A program made the position numbers and the translations under genes. A stretch of DNA of 64,000 nt from Malassezia furfur (taxonomy: Eukaryota), in NCBI GenBank assembly GCA_052055015.1, contig JBQJIT010000020.1. One strand, given 5' to 3'. The notes under the pieces are model-generated. The model ran no database searches, was not told the origin of the DNA, and worked only from the letters and a program-made list of their open reading frames with translations. Positions 15,988 to 27,580 of the stretch are shown here, in pieces. Every line of letters begins with the position of its first letter. The stretch's first letter is position 1.

Positions 15988-17931
15988 CTAATCTTCGAGG
16001 AAGAAGTATTGGCCGCTGGCCTTTTGTTCCTTGTCCTTCACACTGTTGTGCTTGTTGATGCGTGGCCGCATGTTGGTCGGATCGCGACGCATGCTGACGT
16101 CCAAGGTGGCCAAGAAGGAGTTCATACCCGTGAGCAATGACTCGGGGCTGCGCGCGTGCGCCTTGACGGACGGCTGACCCTCGTACACAATCACGCGGTC
16201 GGCAAGATAGGTCGCCATAATAATGTCGTGCTCAATGATCATCGCCGTCTTTTTCGCGTGAAGGATGAAGCGCTTGATGACCTTGGAGGCCTGGATACGC
16301 TGCTCCGAGTCGAGGTAGGCACTCGGCTCGTCGATCAGGTAAATGTCCGCGGGCTTGCCGAGCGCAAGCACCAGCGCAACACGCTGCAGCTCACCACCCG
16401 ACAGCGTCTGGACATCGTTGTCAATGATCGGCTCAATGCTCATCGGCTTCACAACGTCCGTCTGGAACTGCGGGTGCATGAACGCCGCCTTGATCTGCTT
16501 CAAAAGCAGCATGCGCACCGTACCCTGGAACTTGGGCGTGATCGTCTGGGGCTTCAGCGAGACGTTCAGCTGCGGCAGACCCTCGGCACCCGTGTCGGGG
16601 GTGAGCTTGCCCGCCAACATCTTGACAAACGTCGTCTTGCCCGTACCGTTCTCACCGAGGAACACGATGATCTCCGAGTTGGAGAAGTGGCCGGGATCGA
16701 TGGACAGCTCGAAGTTGCCGAGTTTCTTGGTCATTTTGGGGTATTCGTACAGAGCGGTGCGCTCCGTTTCCTTGTCTTCGGCAGTTTCGGCAATCTTGAA
16801 GGTGAGCGACTCCTCGCGGAAACGCATGTTTTCTGCTGGGATATAACCATCCAAGAAGATGTTGATACCGTCGCGCACAGGACTGGGCACCGTCACCACA
16901 CCGTACACACTGGGGACACCATAGAGACAGCAAATAAAGTCACTCAGGTAGTCCAGCACCGACAGGTCGTGCTCCACCGTGATCACATACGTGCTCGGGT
17001 CGAGCAGCGTGCGGATCGACCGTGCCACGTTCAGACGCTGCTTCACATCCAGATAGGACGACGGCTCATCAAACATGTACATGTTGGCGTTCTGCACGCA
17101 CGTCATGGCAATCGCGAAACGCTGCAACTCACCACCCGACAGGTTGTGGACGTCGCGGTCAAGTACGGGGGTGAGGTCACAGGCATCAATCACCTCCTGC
17201 TTGTTCTCACGTTCGCTCTTGCTGTCCAGCAGTTGCTGCACTGTCGCCTTCGACTTGAGCGCACGGGGGATATTGTCAACATATTGCGGCTTGATGAGCG
17301 CCTTGATGTTGTCCTCCAACACCTTGGTAAAGAAATTCTGCAGCTCAGAGCCACGGAAGTATTTCAGGATCTCGGCCCAGTCCGGCGGATCGTCGTAGCG
17401 ACCCAGGTTGGGCTTTTGCTTGCCGGCCAAAATCTTCAGGGCCGTGCTCTTGCCGATACCATTGGTACCGACCAGACCCAGGACCTGGCCCACACGCGGC
17501 ACGGGCAGGCGGTGCAGCTTGAAGCTGTTCGCGCTGTACCGGTGCGTCGTCTCGTTTTCCAGGTTCGTGGGCAGCTTGATGATGTTAATGGCCTCGAACG
17601 GGCACTTTTTCACACACTGCGCGGTCAGACCTCTTTCTTGTGCGTGCGACGTACAATACCACAACCAATGCACAGTGTTTCACTGATAAACGCAATTTTG
17701 CTCGAGGGAGCTACCTCGATACACAGACGGCCTGCGGTGTGAGCGCGATCCACCTTGTGCACACGTACCCATGCGGACGACGGGACAGGAACGCTTGCAT
17801 TCCTGGCGACACTTGCTGGGTTTGCACTTATCCGAATTGACTGTACGAGTGTTAGCTACCTGCCGCGTGTACGCGCTCCATCACGTACCAATGGCAATGC
17901 GCTCTTCGCGCTGTGTCGGCGGAGGTGCCAT
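15988..17931 (-). CDS. RLI1: Fe-S ABC ATPase Rli1/ABCE1 (ribosome recycling)
   Basis: Spliced Fe-S domain [35 protein letters not shown]...CIGCGICVKKCPF, plus two ABC domains ([25 protein letters not shown]). Introns 17841-17888, 17732-17768 and 17617-17654. Confidence 0.96.
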
Positions 17932-18381
17932 CTTCTCCCGCGATGAGCCCAAACGAAGCTCGAATTCTTTTCTTCACGCTTGACAAAAACGCCGCCAGGA
18001 ATTGGTCCATTCCCAACCACGTGACATCTCATTTGTCCCCATGTGGTCTCCACGTGGTGGAGGCTGTGACGTCAGTGTGATCTGAGGGTCGGTCCCCTAG
18101 AACGCGTCGGACCTGCACGCGCCGCCCTGGGTGAGGCAGTGCCGTGGCCAATCGCACACGCATTGGGAATAGGTTATGTCACACATTTCGTCCAGTCAAC
18201 GGGGTTCCTGGGGTGCTAAAGCTTGCGTGCCAAGATCGTGTGCGTGAAATACAGCTATCTTTGCCGACGCATTGATCTCGCCCCCGCCCGGCTTTAGCGG
18301 GTGTGTGTTCCTCGCAACTCCCTTGGGACAACCATTCGTCTTTTGGGCAATCTTGGCCGCACCACTGTGTCCGAAGCCAGC

Positions 18382-19080
18382 ATGTTGGCACCTGCTCCCA
18401 GGGGAAGAATTGTCGCGCTGGACGTGCTTTACATCCTGCCTAATTCACCACTCTCGGCACAATGGATGATCGCGGTTAAGACGACACGGTTTGATGATGG
18501 ACATGTCATCGCATGGCACATTCAACAAGACGACGCAGGACGATGCTGGCCCACAAAAGTCAGACTCGATCCGTCCTTGCTGTACGCGGACGAAAGCAGC
18601 AAGTCGATGCACGCAATGGGTATTGGTTACCGGTGGTCCCTCTCGCTCGGCTCCAAGCCGCTGTGTCTGGACGATCTGGAATCTATCTGCCTCCGATCTT
18701 CGATGCCGGACATGGAACTAGGGGAAGACCACGGAAGCTGGTGCTTGGACATCCTTTTCAAGTTGGAGCGTCTGCAGGCTCTCGTCAAGGGCCAGGCGCT
18801 CCAGCTCGAAACCTCATTGGGTCTGCAACATGGCATAACGGCGGCCAACGCGGGCGCAGCTGTGCTGGAGCCTGCAGTGCAACTCAGCCATGCGTTGCGC
18901 CACTCGAAGGAGTTGCGTTCGGCGTCGGACCCTGTGATGCACCAGACGATCGCATGCTGGCCGCCGCCCGAGCGACCTATGACGCCCGAGGCACGCTCGA
19001 TCGGCTCTTTTGGCCTCAACCAAACCGCTCAGTACACCTGGTCCCCCATTGCTCTCCCAACGTCGTCGCTCATGGTGTAA
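18382..19080 (+). CDS. Hypothetical protein
   Basis: About 232 codons from ATG 18382, filling the gap between RLI1 and the SPX-RING gene. No family recognised with confidence. Confidence 0.45.
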   Translation: MLAPAPRGRIVALDVLYILPNSPLSAQWMIAVKTTRFDDGHVIAWHIQQDDAGRCWPTKVRLDPSLLYADESSKSMHAMGIGYRWSLSLGSKPLCLDDLESICLRSSMPDMELGEDHGSWCLDILFKLERLQALVKGQALQLETSLGLQHGITAANAGAAVLEPAVQLSHALRHSKELRSASDPVMHQTIACWPPPERPMTPEARSIGSFGLNQTAQYTWSPIALPTSSLMV

Positions 19081-19275
19081 ATATACAACGGGCCGAGGCC
19101 CGGCAAGTCAACTTGGGTTGAATGAAAGTGGGAATACGGGGACAAAGTCGGATACGTAGACGACCGCTTCCCTGCTCCAGTAGCTGGTCTCCTGGACATG
19201 TAATGACCAAAGTGAAGGAACATGAACCAAACCCCAGCTTGCGATGCTCTCTATGTACATACCAGCAGGCCCTCA

Positions 19276-21612
19276 TTATGCAATCACACAGTCTTGGTTG
19301 CCGTCGCCTCCGCGGTTCCGGCGGCGTAATGCGCCGAACCGCTTCTTGCGCCGGATTTCCAGCTCGCGGCGGTCCTCCAAGACCCGGTCCGACTGATTTT
19401 CGCGGATCTTTTCCTCGACCTCCTGCGGGAACCAGGTGCGAAGGTACTCGGCCATCTCGTAGTCGACATTGTCTCCGTCCGCATCCCGGACCGCATTCTC
19501 AGAACGGCACAGGGGACAGTGGTTGTCGCCGCGCTTTTGCAGCTTGACCAGACAGCGGATGCAGAAGATGTGGTCGCAGCGCAGCCGGATCGGCTGGTAC
19601 GCGAGACCCGTACACACCAGACAGCTGTAATCATCCACGCTGGGCAGTACAGGGAGCAATGACTTGGTCAAAATTGAGGCAAGGATACGAGGGAGGGATA
19701 GCTGGGTCGTGGTCGACACACTCGTGGGCACCAGCGCCGAAAGTGAATGCAAAATGTCGGCGTGGCTCACCGTATCCCAGTCGAGATCGGGCAAGGGCGA
19801 GTCGGTGGAAGCGGCACGCATCATGCTGTTCGGCTGCATCTTAATCATCATGCGCCCCAGCGCCTGGTGTGCGTGCAGTGCCGTCTTCTTTTCGTGCTTT
19901 TTGAGAATCTTGCGCACCGTTTCGATGTTGAGGCGCTGGAAGCGCTTCAGCGAGAGGAGGGCCACATTCAGGCGCAAGAATTGCTCAAGCGCCTTGACGC
20001 TGCGCGCATCCTGCATCGGATTTGTCTGCGTGTACTCGTCAAAGTCCCAGGCATACAGCTTGGACGGCGCACGCTTGCGCTCCAGCACGAGCGAGCGGTG
20101 CGGCGCAAGGTAGCCACGCTTCTCGAGTTCCCCAACGTACTTGAGCAGCCGCTGCTCCGAGGCCGCGACACTCAGCTCGCCACGGTCCTTTTCGCGCGAG
20201 CTTTCAAAGATGTCGTGTTCGACCCAGAGCATAAAGATCTCGCGCCATCGGTACAGATCCTTGGGCGCGTTCTCAGGGCTCGCGACAAGCGCAATTGTGT
20301 CGCGCAGCGCATTGACGTGGCGCACGAGCGCAGCTTGCTGCATGACGTGCAACTGCAACAGCTTGCGCAGCGCCGCCGATAGCGACTCGAAGAAACGCTC
20401 GTCGGCATGTAGAGGAATCACAATCCGCCGGTGGTGGAAGCCGGGGGGCGGCGGCTCCTTCTCCTTCTCCTTGAACACCTTGGGCGACGAGATAGTGGGG
20501 ATCTCCTTGGCCGCAGGGCCTAGACTGATCTCGTTGAGCGACACATTGCGCGTGCGCTTGGCGAGCGCAGCGGTCGGCGAGTTGGTCGCTGACGCCGTGG
20601 ATGCAGAATCGCGAGAGCCTGTGCGCGCCATGCGCGGCGTGTCGCTACTCCGCTGTGAGTCGGGCGACGTCTGGTTGCTAAACGTGTCGGGCGATTCGAC
20701 GTGTACCACGAGCTGGGGGTGCAGGTGCAGCGACTCGTTCAGCATCTGGTACTCAGCCCAGGCGCGCCTCCCCGACTCGAGCTCAACCCAGCCAGGGTGG
20801 GCTGTGACGGCCTCCTCGTGCGACGACGCAGACGAGCGCGCGTCTTCCGGAAAGAGAGTGGGCACCTTCTGGTCCTTCCAGTGCGACGCATTCCAGTCAT
20901 GCTCGTCCTGTGCCGACACCGGCTTCTGCGGGGGTGGCAAGAAGGGTGCGCCGGGGCGCGCCGACTTGTTCAAAAGGGGGTTACGCGGGCTTTCGCTATT
21001 GCTAGGCAGCATCAGCGGCGGCAGCGGCTCCGACTCGGACATTTGGCGCAGCGGCGAGGTGCGCCCCGTCGAGTACCGGCGGGGGCTTGACGTGGACTGC
21101 GCGGGCGAGTCATGCTTCGTCTCGAGCACAAAGGTATTGGGCGAGTTCTCGGCGGTGTGGAGCACGGGGCTTGCGCCCGTACTGTACGAGCGCTTGCGGG
21201 TCTGCCGGCGCTGCTTGCGGTACAAATGGTCGTCCGGTAGGGTCGCCAGCCATGCTGCTGCAGGCGACGGCTCCTGGGACGTCCCTGCGTGGGAAGGCGT
21301 GGGCATGTTGCGGAGCAGCATCGACGGCGTGGCGCGCTGGCCTGTGGCGTTGCTAGACTCCGCAGAATACACGGCCGTCTCGTGCGAGCTGCCACTGCCT
21401 TGACCGTGATGGACCCGGGCATTGAGCAGCTCGCTCACCACTTCGGGCTTGAGATTGACTGATTCAAGCTCCTCGGTGACCATGCGGAGAAGTGTTTTCA
21501 GCTGCGCGTAAGTGTGGCGACATACCTTGTTGTACTCGATGGCACCCTTGCGCCATTCCTCTGGAAAGGTCGGGTCCTCAAGGACCTCGACATACGACTT
21601 GCCGAACCGCAT
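19276..21612 (-). CDS. SPX + RING E3 ligase (Pqr1/Spx1/NLA-like phosphate regulator)
   Basis: MRFGK...IEYNKLK (after removing the 24-nt intron 21502-21525), FQRLNIETVRKILKKHEKKT, and C-terminal C3HC4 CLVC...CDHIFCIRC...CPLCR. Confidence 0.85.
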   Translation of the reverse strand: MRFGKSYVEVLEDPTFPEEWRKGAIEYNKVCRHTYAQLKTLLRMVTEELESVNLKPEVVSELLNARVHHGQGSGSSHETAVYSAESSNATGQRATPSMLLRNMPTPSHAGTSQEPSPAAAWLATLPDDHLYRKQRRQTRKRSYSTGASPVLHTAENSPNTFVLETKHDSPAQSTSSPRRYSTGRTSPLRQMSESEPLPPLMLPSNSESPRNPLLNKSARPGAPFLPPPQKPVSAQDEHDWNASHWKDQKVPTLFPEDARSSASSHEEAVTAHPGWVELESGRRAWAEYQMLNESLHLHPQLVVHVESPDTFSNQTSPDSQRSSDTPRMARTGSRDSASTASATNSPTAALAKRTRNVSLNEISLGPAAKEIPTISSPKVFKEKEKEPPPPGFHHRRIVIPLHADERFFESLSAALRKLLQLHVMQQAALVRHVNALRDTIALVASPENAPKDLYRWREIFMLWVEHDIFESSREKDRGELSVAASEQRLLKYVGELEKRGYLAPHRSLVLERKRAPSKLYAWDFDEYTQTNPMQDARSVKALEQFLRLNVALLSLKRFQRLNIETVRKILKKHEKKTALHAHQALGRMMIKMQPNSMMRAASTDSPLPDLDWDTVSHADILHSLSALVPTSVSTTTQLSLPRILASILTKSLLPVLPSVDDYSCLVCTGLAYQPIRLRCDHIFCIRCLVKLQKRGDNHCPLCRSENAVRDADGDNVDYEMAEYLRTWFPQEVEEKIRENQSDRVLEDRRELEIRRKKRFGALRRRNRGGDGNQDCVIA

Positions 21613-21798
21613 GGCGTGCGCGGTAGAGTCGTGACAGGTGCGCCCCAGGTCGCTCCCGGCCCCGACCTAGGGAGAAAAATGAGCTCCACATTCGCGGCCC
21701 CCAACGACGACCTGTCGGATCCGCGCATGTGCGCACGTGCGACGCATAGGGCAAGCGGACGTCGGACCCCTACGAGCGGTTTTACGGAAATGCGCGAA

Positions 21799-24678
21799 TT
21801 AGGCCGCGGCCTTTTGCGCCAAGGTAATTTTGTCGCCGAGGCTGAGCGCAATCCCTTGGGTCTTGGACCGGATGCGCACATGGCCCTGAATCGTCCCGTC
21901 GTCGAGACGTTCGATGCTGACGTTGGCCAGTGCATCCTCACCAAACAGGCTGCCCGCCGACAGATTCGCGCTGAGGAAGCCGCACTCGCCCGCAAGGCTC
22001 GCCTCGGGCGTGAGGCAAGCCATGTTGGTCGACTTCATGATGTGCTCGAGGTACTCGCGCACGTCGGAGATGTTCGTCTTGACGTTCACCTTGTTCTCCC
22101 ACTCGAAGCCCGTCCACATGCTGCGGAACTCGGTCTCGGTCACGTATGACGGCGAAATGTAGTCCATAATGTCGACGTGGATGTCGTTCAGCACGACGTA
22201 GCGCGCCTCGCCTGCGCCGTTGGTCCCGGCGCCTGCGGCTCCCTCGTAGACAATGTTGCCAAAGATGACGCCCGTCTCGGTCGAGGAGACCTTGATGGTT
22301 GCCTTGATGCTCTGATAGCTGAACGGCGCCAGCGTGTACGACGAGGGGCGCTCCACCACTTTAAGGTCGCCCAGCGTCGCAAGCTCAATGCTGAGGTTCT
22401 GCAGCGTCTCGTCGGTTTGGTTCACCACGAGGACATCGAGCAGGATGTCAAACTGGTGCACTTCGACGTATGCCTCTGCATACACCGGGTCGGAAAAGCC
22501 CGTGAGCTGCACGACACGCTGCAGCTTGCTGATAAAGTCGTCCTTGGCCGTCTTGACCATGCCCGTCGCGCGGCTCAGCTCGGCCTCGTAGTCGATGTCA
22601 TCCTCGGCACCGCCCGCCGCACCGAGCTGACGGAAGCGCAGCTGTTCGTGCGGCTGCGTGGCGACCCGCTTCTGCTCGCTCTCGCCCTCAGCCGCGGCCT
22701 TGGTGCGCTCGTGCTGCAGCAGCTGCGCATAGGCGTCGCGTGTGTCGCGCAAAAAGACATCGGCGGCCTCGATCGCCTCGTCGTGCGACAGCGTGGATTG
22801 GCCAAGGATCTTGAGGCAGGTCATCACGCGCTCCTCCGAGTCCTCGTCGATCTGTGTCGCGACATACTTGGAGTGGCCCACACGAATGATAGACGTCATG
22901 ATCAGCATCGCCTCGGCCCGCAGCGCATTCTTCGCCGCATCATCCGAGGAGAGCTGCGCAAAGCGCAGCACGAGCTTGACCAGCGTCGCGGCAAGCACCG
23001 ACGCCGTGTAAAAGTCGCCAAACAGGATCAGGCTGCGCAGCGGCGGCTTGGTTAGGTTCCGCACGGGCGCCTTGTCAGCGTCGGCGGTGAGTGCCGTCTC
23101 GGTGGCATAGGTGCCGTCGGCGCGCACGCGCGTCGTCGTGCTCGTCTTGGGCGCCGCCGGGGCATCCTCGGAGGCGCTCGTGGTCGGTTCAGCCTCGGCA
23201 TGCAGCCGCTCCTCGGCGGCAAGCATGGGAATTTCGCCAATCACCTTGCGGATCTGCTGCATGGCGTCGCTCACACTCGCGGGCGTCATGCAGTAGTCGC
23301 CGACGATCCACAGCGCGCCGCGGTACACCTTGCCGCTGCGGAACTCGGGGAAGGTGCGGATGAGCTTCGAGAGGAGGTCGTCGCGCAAATTCGGGAAGCG
23401 CTCGACGACCTCACGCACAAACGCGATCACCTCGACGGCGCTGGGGTTGTTGGCGTCGCCCAGGAAGTTCATCAGCTCGTGCATCACGTCGCCAGCCACC
23501 TCGGAGAAACGCACTGCACACGCATGCAGCGTCTGGATCACCAGCCGGCGGTACTCGGCATTGTTGTCCTGCGACGGCAGCCCCGTCTTGGCGAGCTCCT
23601 TCTTGAGCAGGAGGATCACCTCCTCCACGGAGCGCACCGACAGCATTTCAAGCACCATGCCCAGCACCTTTTTGCGCACGTCCATGTCGGGGCTCGACAG
23701 AACGCGCAGCAGGTCGGTCACCAGCGGGTCGAGCACATGCTCGTGGCGCATGCGCAGTGCATCCAGACGGTCAAGTACAATCAGCTTGACGTTGTTGTCA
23801 CTCTCCTGCACGGTCAGGTCGATCAGCGCGCTTGCCACTGCCTTGACCGACGGCACGTTGTGCGCCAGACCGGCCAGTGTGATCGCCGCTTCGTACTTGA
23901 CCGCATGGCTCGGCGATGCCAGCAGCTCCGAGATGATCTCAACATACTCGGCACGGTCGGGGTTGTCGTGCTTCGCCACCTTGCGTACCAGCTCAATCAC
24001 TGCGAGCTGCATCAGCTCGTCCATCGCGCCGACCTGCGCCGAGACGCCAGACAGGTAGGCCACCGCACGCTCCGGCGCCGTCTGCACGAGCATCATGAAC
24101 GCATTGCGCTTGCACGTCGCATCGTTCTCCGACGCAAGGAACTCTTCAATCACCTCGGGCGCGTCGCTGATCAGCTGCTCGTGCCGCTGGTAGATGGTAA
24201 GGATGGCCAGCACCGCATTCTTGCGCACGTAGCTGTGCCGGTGCTCGAGGCTCTGTCGCACTGTCGGGATGAGCGGCTCAAGCAGTTCAGCTTCCCGAAT
24301 CTTTTGCAGGAAACGCAGCGTGGAGCCACGGATGTACTCGTTCGGGTGCTGCAGATCGTTGCGGATCGCATTGCACACCAGGATCATCTCCTGCTTCAGC
24401 TTGCCCTCGGCATCGAGCTTCGGGCAAACCTCCCAGTAGAAGTGCAGCATCTTTTTGAGCTGCTTGCTCTTACTCGGTAGCACATATTGTATGATGGGCA
24501 TCAGCAGCGATGCGTGCGGCTCGCCGTTCAGCGTCGACACAATAATCGCACGCAGCGTCTCGAGCTTCACCGCGTCATTGTTGCTCTGCAGGTTCTTCCG
24601 CAGCTCCTGTACGGAAAGATCCAGGCGGTACCCCGCATCCGAGGCAACCAGCGTGTACGCCGAGGGGTCCGACGGCAT
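21799..24678 (-). CDS. SEC26: Coatomer (COPI) beta subunit
   Basis: KLKQEMILVCNAIRNDLQHPNEYIRGSTLRFL, VQLTGFSDPVYAEA, FEWENKV, GHVRIRSKTQGIALSLGDKI. Confidence 0.96.
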   Translation of the reverse strand: MPSDPSAYTLVASDAGYRLDLSVQELRKNLQSNNDAVKLETLRAIIVSTLNGEPHASLLMPIIQYVLPSKSKQLKKMLHFYWEVCPKLDAEGKLKQEMILVCNAIRNDLQHPNEYIRGSTLRFLQKIREAELLEPLIPTVRQSLEHRHSYVRKNAVLAILTIYQRHEQLISDAPEVIEEFLASENDATCKRNAFMMLVQTAPERAVAYLSGVSAQVGAMDELMQLAVIELVRKVAKHDNPDRAEYVEIISELLASPSHAVKYEAAITLAGLAHNVPSVKAVASALIDLTVQESDNNVKLIVLDRLDALRMRHEHVLDPLVTDLLRVLSSPDMDVRKKVLGMVLEMLSVRSVEEVILLLKKELAKTGLPSQDNNAEYRRLVIQTLHACAVRFSEVAGDVMHELMNFLGDANNPSAVEVIAFVREVVERFPNLRDDLLSKLIRTFPEFRSGKVYRGALWIVGDYCMTPASVSDAMQQIRKVIGEIPMLAAEERLHAEAEPTTSASEDAPAAPKTSTTTRVRADGTYATETALTADADKAPVRNLTKPPLRSLILFGDFYTASVLAATLVKLVLRFAQLSSDDAAKNALRAEAMLIMTSIIRVGHSKYVATQIDEDSEERVMTCLKILGQSTLSHDEAIEAADVFLRDTRDAYAQLLQHERTKAAAEGESEQKRVATQPHEQLRFRQLGAAGGAEDDIDYEAELSRATGMVKTAKDDFISKLQRVVQLTGFSDPVYAEAYVEVHQFDILLDVLVVNQTDETLQNLSIELATLGDLKVVERPSSYTLAPFSYQSIKATIKVSSTETGVIFGNIVYEGAAGAGTNGAGEARYVVLNDIHVDIMDYISPSYVTETEFRSMWTGFEWENKVNVKTNISDVREYLEHIMKSTNMACLTPEASLAGECGFLSANLSAGSLFGEDALANVSIERLDDGTIQGHVRIRSKTQGIALSLGDKITLAQKAAA

Positions 24679-24853
24679 GGCAGTCAGCACAGCTCAGGCA
24701 GCCCCGTCGCGTCGGTCACGAGCCAAGAACGACCGCGGGCGCTGCCGCGTTGTCACACAACGTGTTGCCCGGCCTATTGGGCCCCATCAGCTCCACGTGG
24801 CCGCGAAGGCCGTCCGGTGCATCCAAGTGGAGGCGCACACCGGCGCGGAGGAC

Positions 24854-26116
24854 ATGCGAAGCTGGCTGCGCCCGGCGTGCCGCACGGCGTGCCGCATCGT
24901 GCTCAACACGGCGCCACGCCGGTTTGCCTCGACACAGATCGCCAAAGAGCTAGAGCTGGCACCATTCATGCTGCGCGAGCGCGACGCACTCCTGCGCAAT
25001 CCAACCCCGTCCGGCGCCGACTCACAGCAGATCAAGGACCTCGATCCGGTCGCCAAGGCTTGGGAGGCTTGGGAAGAGAAGAAACGCAACCTCGACTCGA
25101 CCAAACACCTCTGCGAAACGGAACAGGACCAAGACATGCGCGAGCTCGCTGAAGCCGAAATGCACACCCTCCACGAAGACTTGTCGGCGCTGCAGTACGA
25201 GCTGCGTCAGAAAATTCTCGCGACCACGACGAGCAGCGCTGAGAACCATGGCGCCATTATTGAACTCAAGCAGGGAGTGGGCGGCCAAGAGTCATGTCTG
25301 TTTCTGAGCGAGATGCTCCGCATGTACACCAAATACTGCGAGAGTCGCGCGCAGGAAGCCGAAGACGCGCAAGACTCCAATGCGCTGGGGGCCGGGTGGA
25401 AGACGGAGCTACTCTCGTCCACCCCTGTTGACGTCTCGGCATCCTCCGGCGGTGCGGATGCCATGCGCGAGGCCATTCTACAAGTCGAAGGTCCAGGTGC
25501 CTTCCACGCACTGCGCTTTGAGGGCGGCGTCCACCGCGTGCAGCGCGTGCCCACTACCCAGAATCTCGGCAAACTACAGACGAGCACGATTGCTATCCTC
25601 GTGTTACCCATGCAGGGCAACAACACGGACCAGGCCGACGACATTGTCGACCCCAAGGATGTCAAAATCGAAACCATGCGTGCACGCGGTGCGGGTGGCC
25701 AGCACGTCAATCGTACTGAGTCGGCCGTGCGTCTCACGCATCTCCCCACCAAAATTACCGTGTCGATGCAAGATTCTCGCAGTCAACACGCAAATCGCAC
25801 CAAGGCATGGGGGGTGCTGCGTGCGCGGCTGATGGACCTAAAACTCCGCGAGGACGCGGCACAAAACCGCGCCATGCGCCGGTCCCAAGTTGCGAGCGCC
25901 GACCGCAGCGAGCGCGTGCGCACCTACAATTTCCCGCAGGACCGTGTCACGGACCACCGTGTGAACATCTCACTGTCGGGCATCTCGAGCATCATGGACG
26001 GTGACGACGACGGCGGCGCTGGCCTCACGTACTTGATCCGCGAGCTCATCGAGGCTGATGAAGAAGAGCGTCTGCTAGGCATGCTCGAAGCATACAAAGA
26101 AAAAGAGGAGTCGTAG
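24854..26116 (+). CDS. MRF1: Mitochondrial peptide chain release factor 1
   Basis: Arg-rich presequence (MRSWLRPACRTACR...), GVGGQES, FEGGVHRVQRVPTT (PxT), GAGGQHVN, RSERVRTYNFPQDRVTDHR. Confidence 0.9.
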   Translation: MRSWLRPACRTACRIVLNTAPRRFASTQIAKELELAPFMLRERDALLRNPTPSGADSQQIKDLDPVAKAWEAWEEKKRNLDSTKHLCETEQDQDMRELAEAEMHTLHEDLSALQYELRQKILATTTSSAENHGAIIELKQGVGGQESCLFLSEMLRMYTKYCESRAQEAEDAQDSNALGAGWKTELLSSTPVDVSASSGGADAMREAILQVEGPGAFHALRFEGGVHRVQRVPTTQNLGKLQTSTIAILVLPMQGNNTDQADDIVDPKDVKIETMRARGAGGQHVNRTESAVRLTHLPTKITVSMQDSRSQHANRTKAWGVLRARLMDLKLREDAAQNRAMRRSQVASADRSERVRTYNFPQDRVTDHRVNISLSGISSIMDGDDDGGAGLTYLIRELIEADEEERLLGMLEAYKEKEES

Positions 26117-26412
26117 ACACAAAACCTCACTTGAGAGAACGCGCAATGCGCGTTTTGTTGGCGAGCAGCACAATCACACCGCAAGATAGCACGAAGCCCA
26201 GTAGACGGAGCCATGCGGCGAACCACAGTTCACGATCCTGAGCCTCTGTCCGTGCCGAACTGGGTAAGCAAGAGGCAAGCGCACCGAAAGATGCTGCGAA
26301 GGTTTGGCAGAGCCATGGTGGTGCGCGCTAAACCCCCGCGTTTAGCGGGCGCCCCGACAGTCCAATTTAGGCCAATTCTCCAACTCCACACAGCACCGAC
26401 CCCATCGTCTCT

Positions 26413-27401
26413 ATGGCGAATCGCAACAGGGCGTCGTTCAACGGCTCGTCTGAGGAACTGCAGGTCTGGCAGACCGTGCGTAGCCAGCTCAAAAGTTTGG
26501 AAAACGCACGCAATGCATCCTTGTCAGGTTATGAACGTCTCGTGCGCGGCCAGAGCGAAAGTCCCACCAAGAACCTCGAGGGGATCTACAACGTTGTGGA
26601 GAATTGCATCTTGGACGAACAACGGTATGCCTTGCACTAATCCAGCGCCATAAGTGGTGCTTTGGAGCAGATTGATGTCCTGATTGCTCTCCGTCAGGCC
26701 TCGATGGACGGCTCGTCGGACGTCCGGCGCCGGAAGCGCAAAGCCGATGATTCCCTTGACGACTTTGCGGACAGCACAGCAGATGCGAAAGGCAAGCTCA
26801 CTACAGATACGCGCCGCACACGCACTGCCTCTTCATCGTTTACGAAACGCGGAAGCGAGGCCGATGTGCGCCTAGCGCAAATCTCTGCCCAGCTTCCCTT
26901 ACAACGTAGACGCAAAGTCGCGTTCTGCCAACCACAAAAGAATGATGCCTTTGCTGGAGATGATGTCGAGGTGTGGATTATGGCTACGGTGATCTCTTGC
27001 ATTAACAATGATACCCACCGCTACATTGTCCAAGACGCCGAGGATGAAGGCAACAACGGACCGTACGTGACCGCACCTTACGCAGCACCTACAACACCAA
27101 CATCAAATCTATTTCTCCTCTACCCGACTCCATCGAGACACTTCCAGCGGAAGACTACCGGCCCGGCACCCGCGTTCTGGCGCTATACCCCGACACGAGC
27201 TGCTTCTACAATGCCACAATCCAGGGCGGCGGCCCCAATATTTCGTCGGCCACCTCCCGGTCTAAGGTATGTACCTGCTGCACTCACAAATACCAGAAGC
27301 GCGAAGCCGAGCTCCTGCAAGCGCCGTATCAGCTCATGTTCGACGACGACGGCTCCGACATCAAGCAAGTGCCGGCCTACTTGGTGGTCGAGCACCCATA
27401 G
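26413..27401 (+). CDS. SGF29: SAGA subunit Sgf29 (tandem Tudor)
   Basis: Spliced product with KVAF, WIMATV, YIVQDAE, VLALYPDTSCFYNATI and YQLMFDDD. Introns 26625-26645, 27063-27085 and 27267-27296; stop TAG 27399-27401. Confidence 0.85.
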
Positions 27402-27580
27402 ATGACTAAACATTACCGTCTCCGGCGTGGGACGTGGCGTGGATCCCTTGATTGCGACGTGCATGACGACCCCGGACTCATCACACTTGTCTCCTCGCTC
27501 ATTCCTACACGAGACACATTGGTAGAGTCCAATCGAATCGGAGTTGTACGACACGCAGCATTTCAAGAAACCAGCAACGT

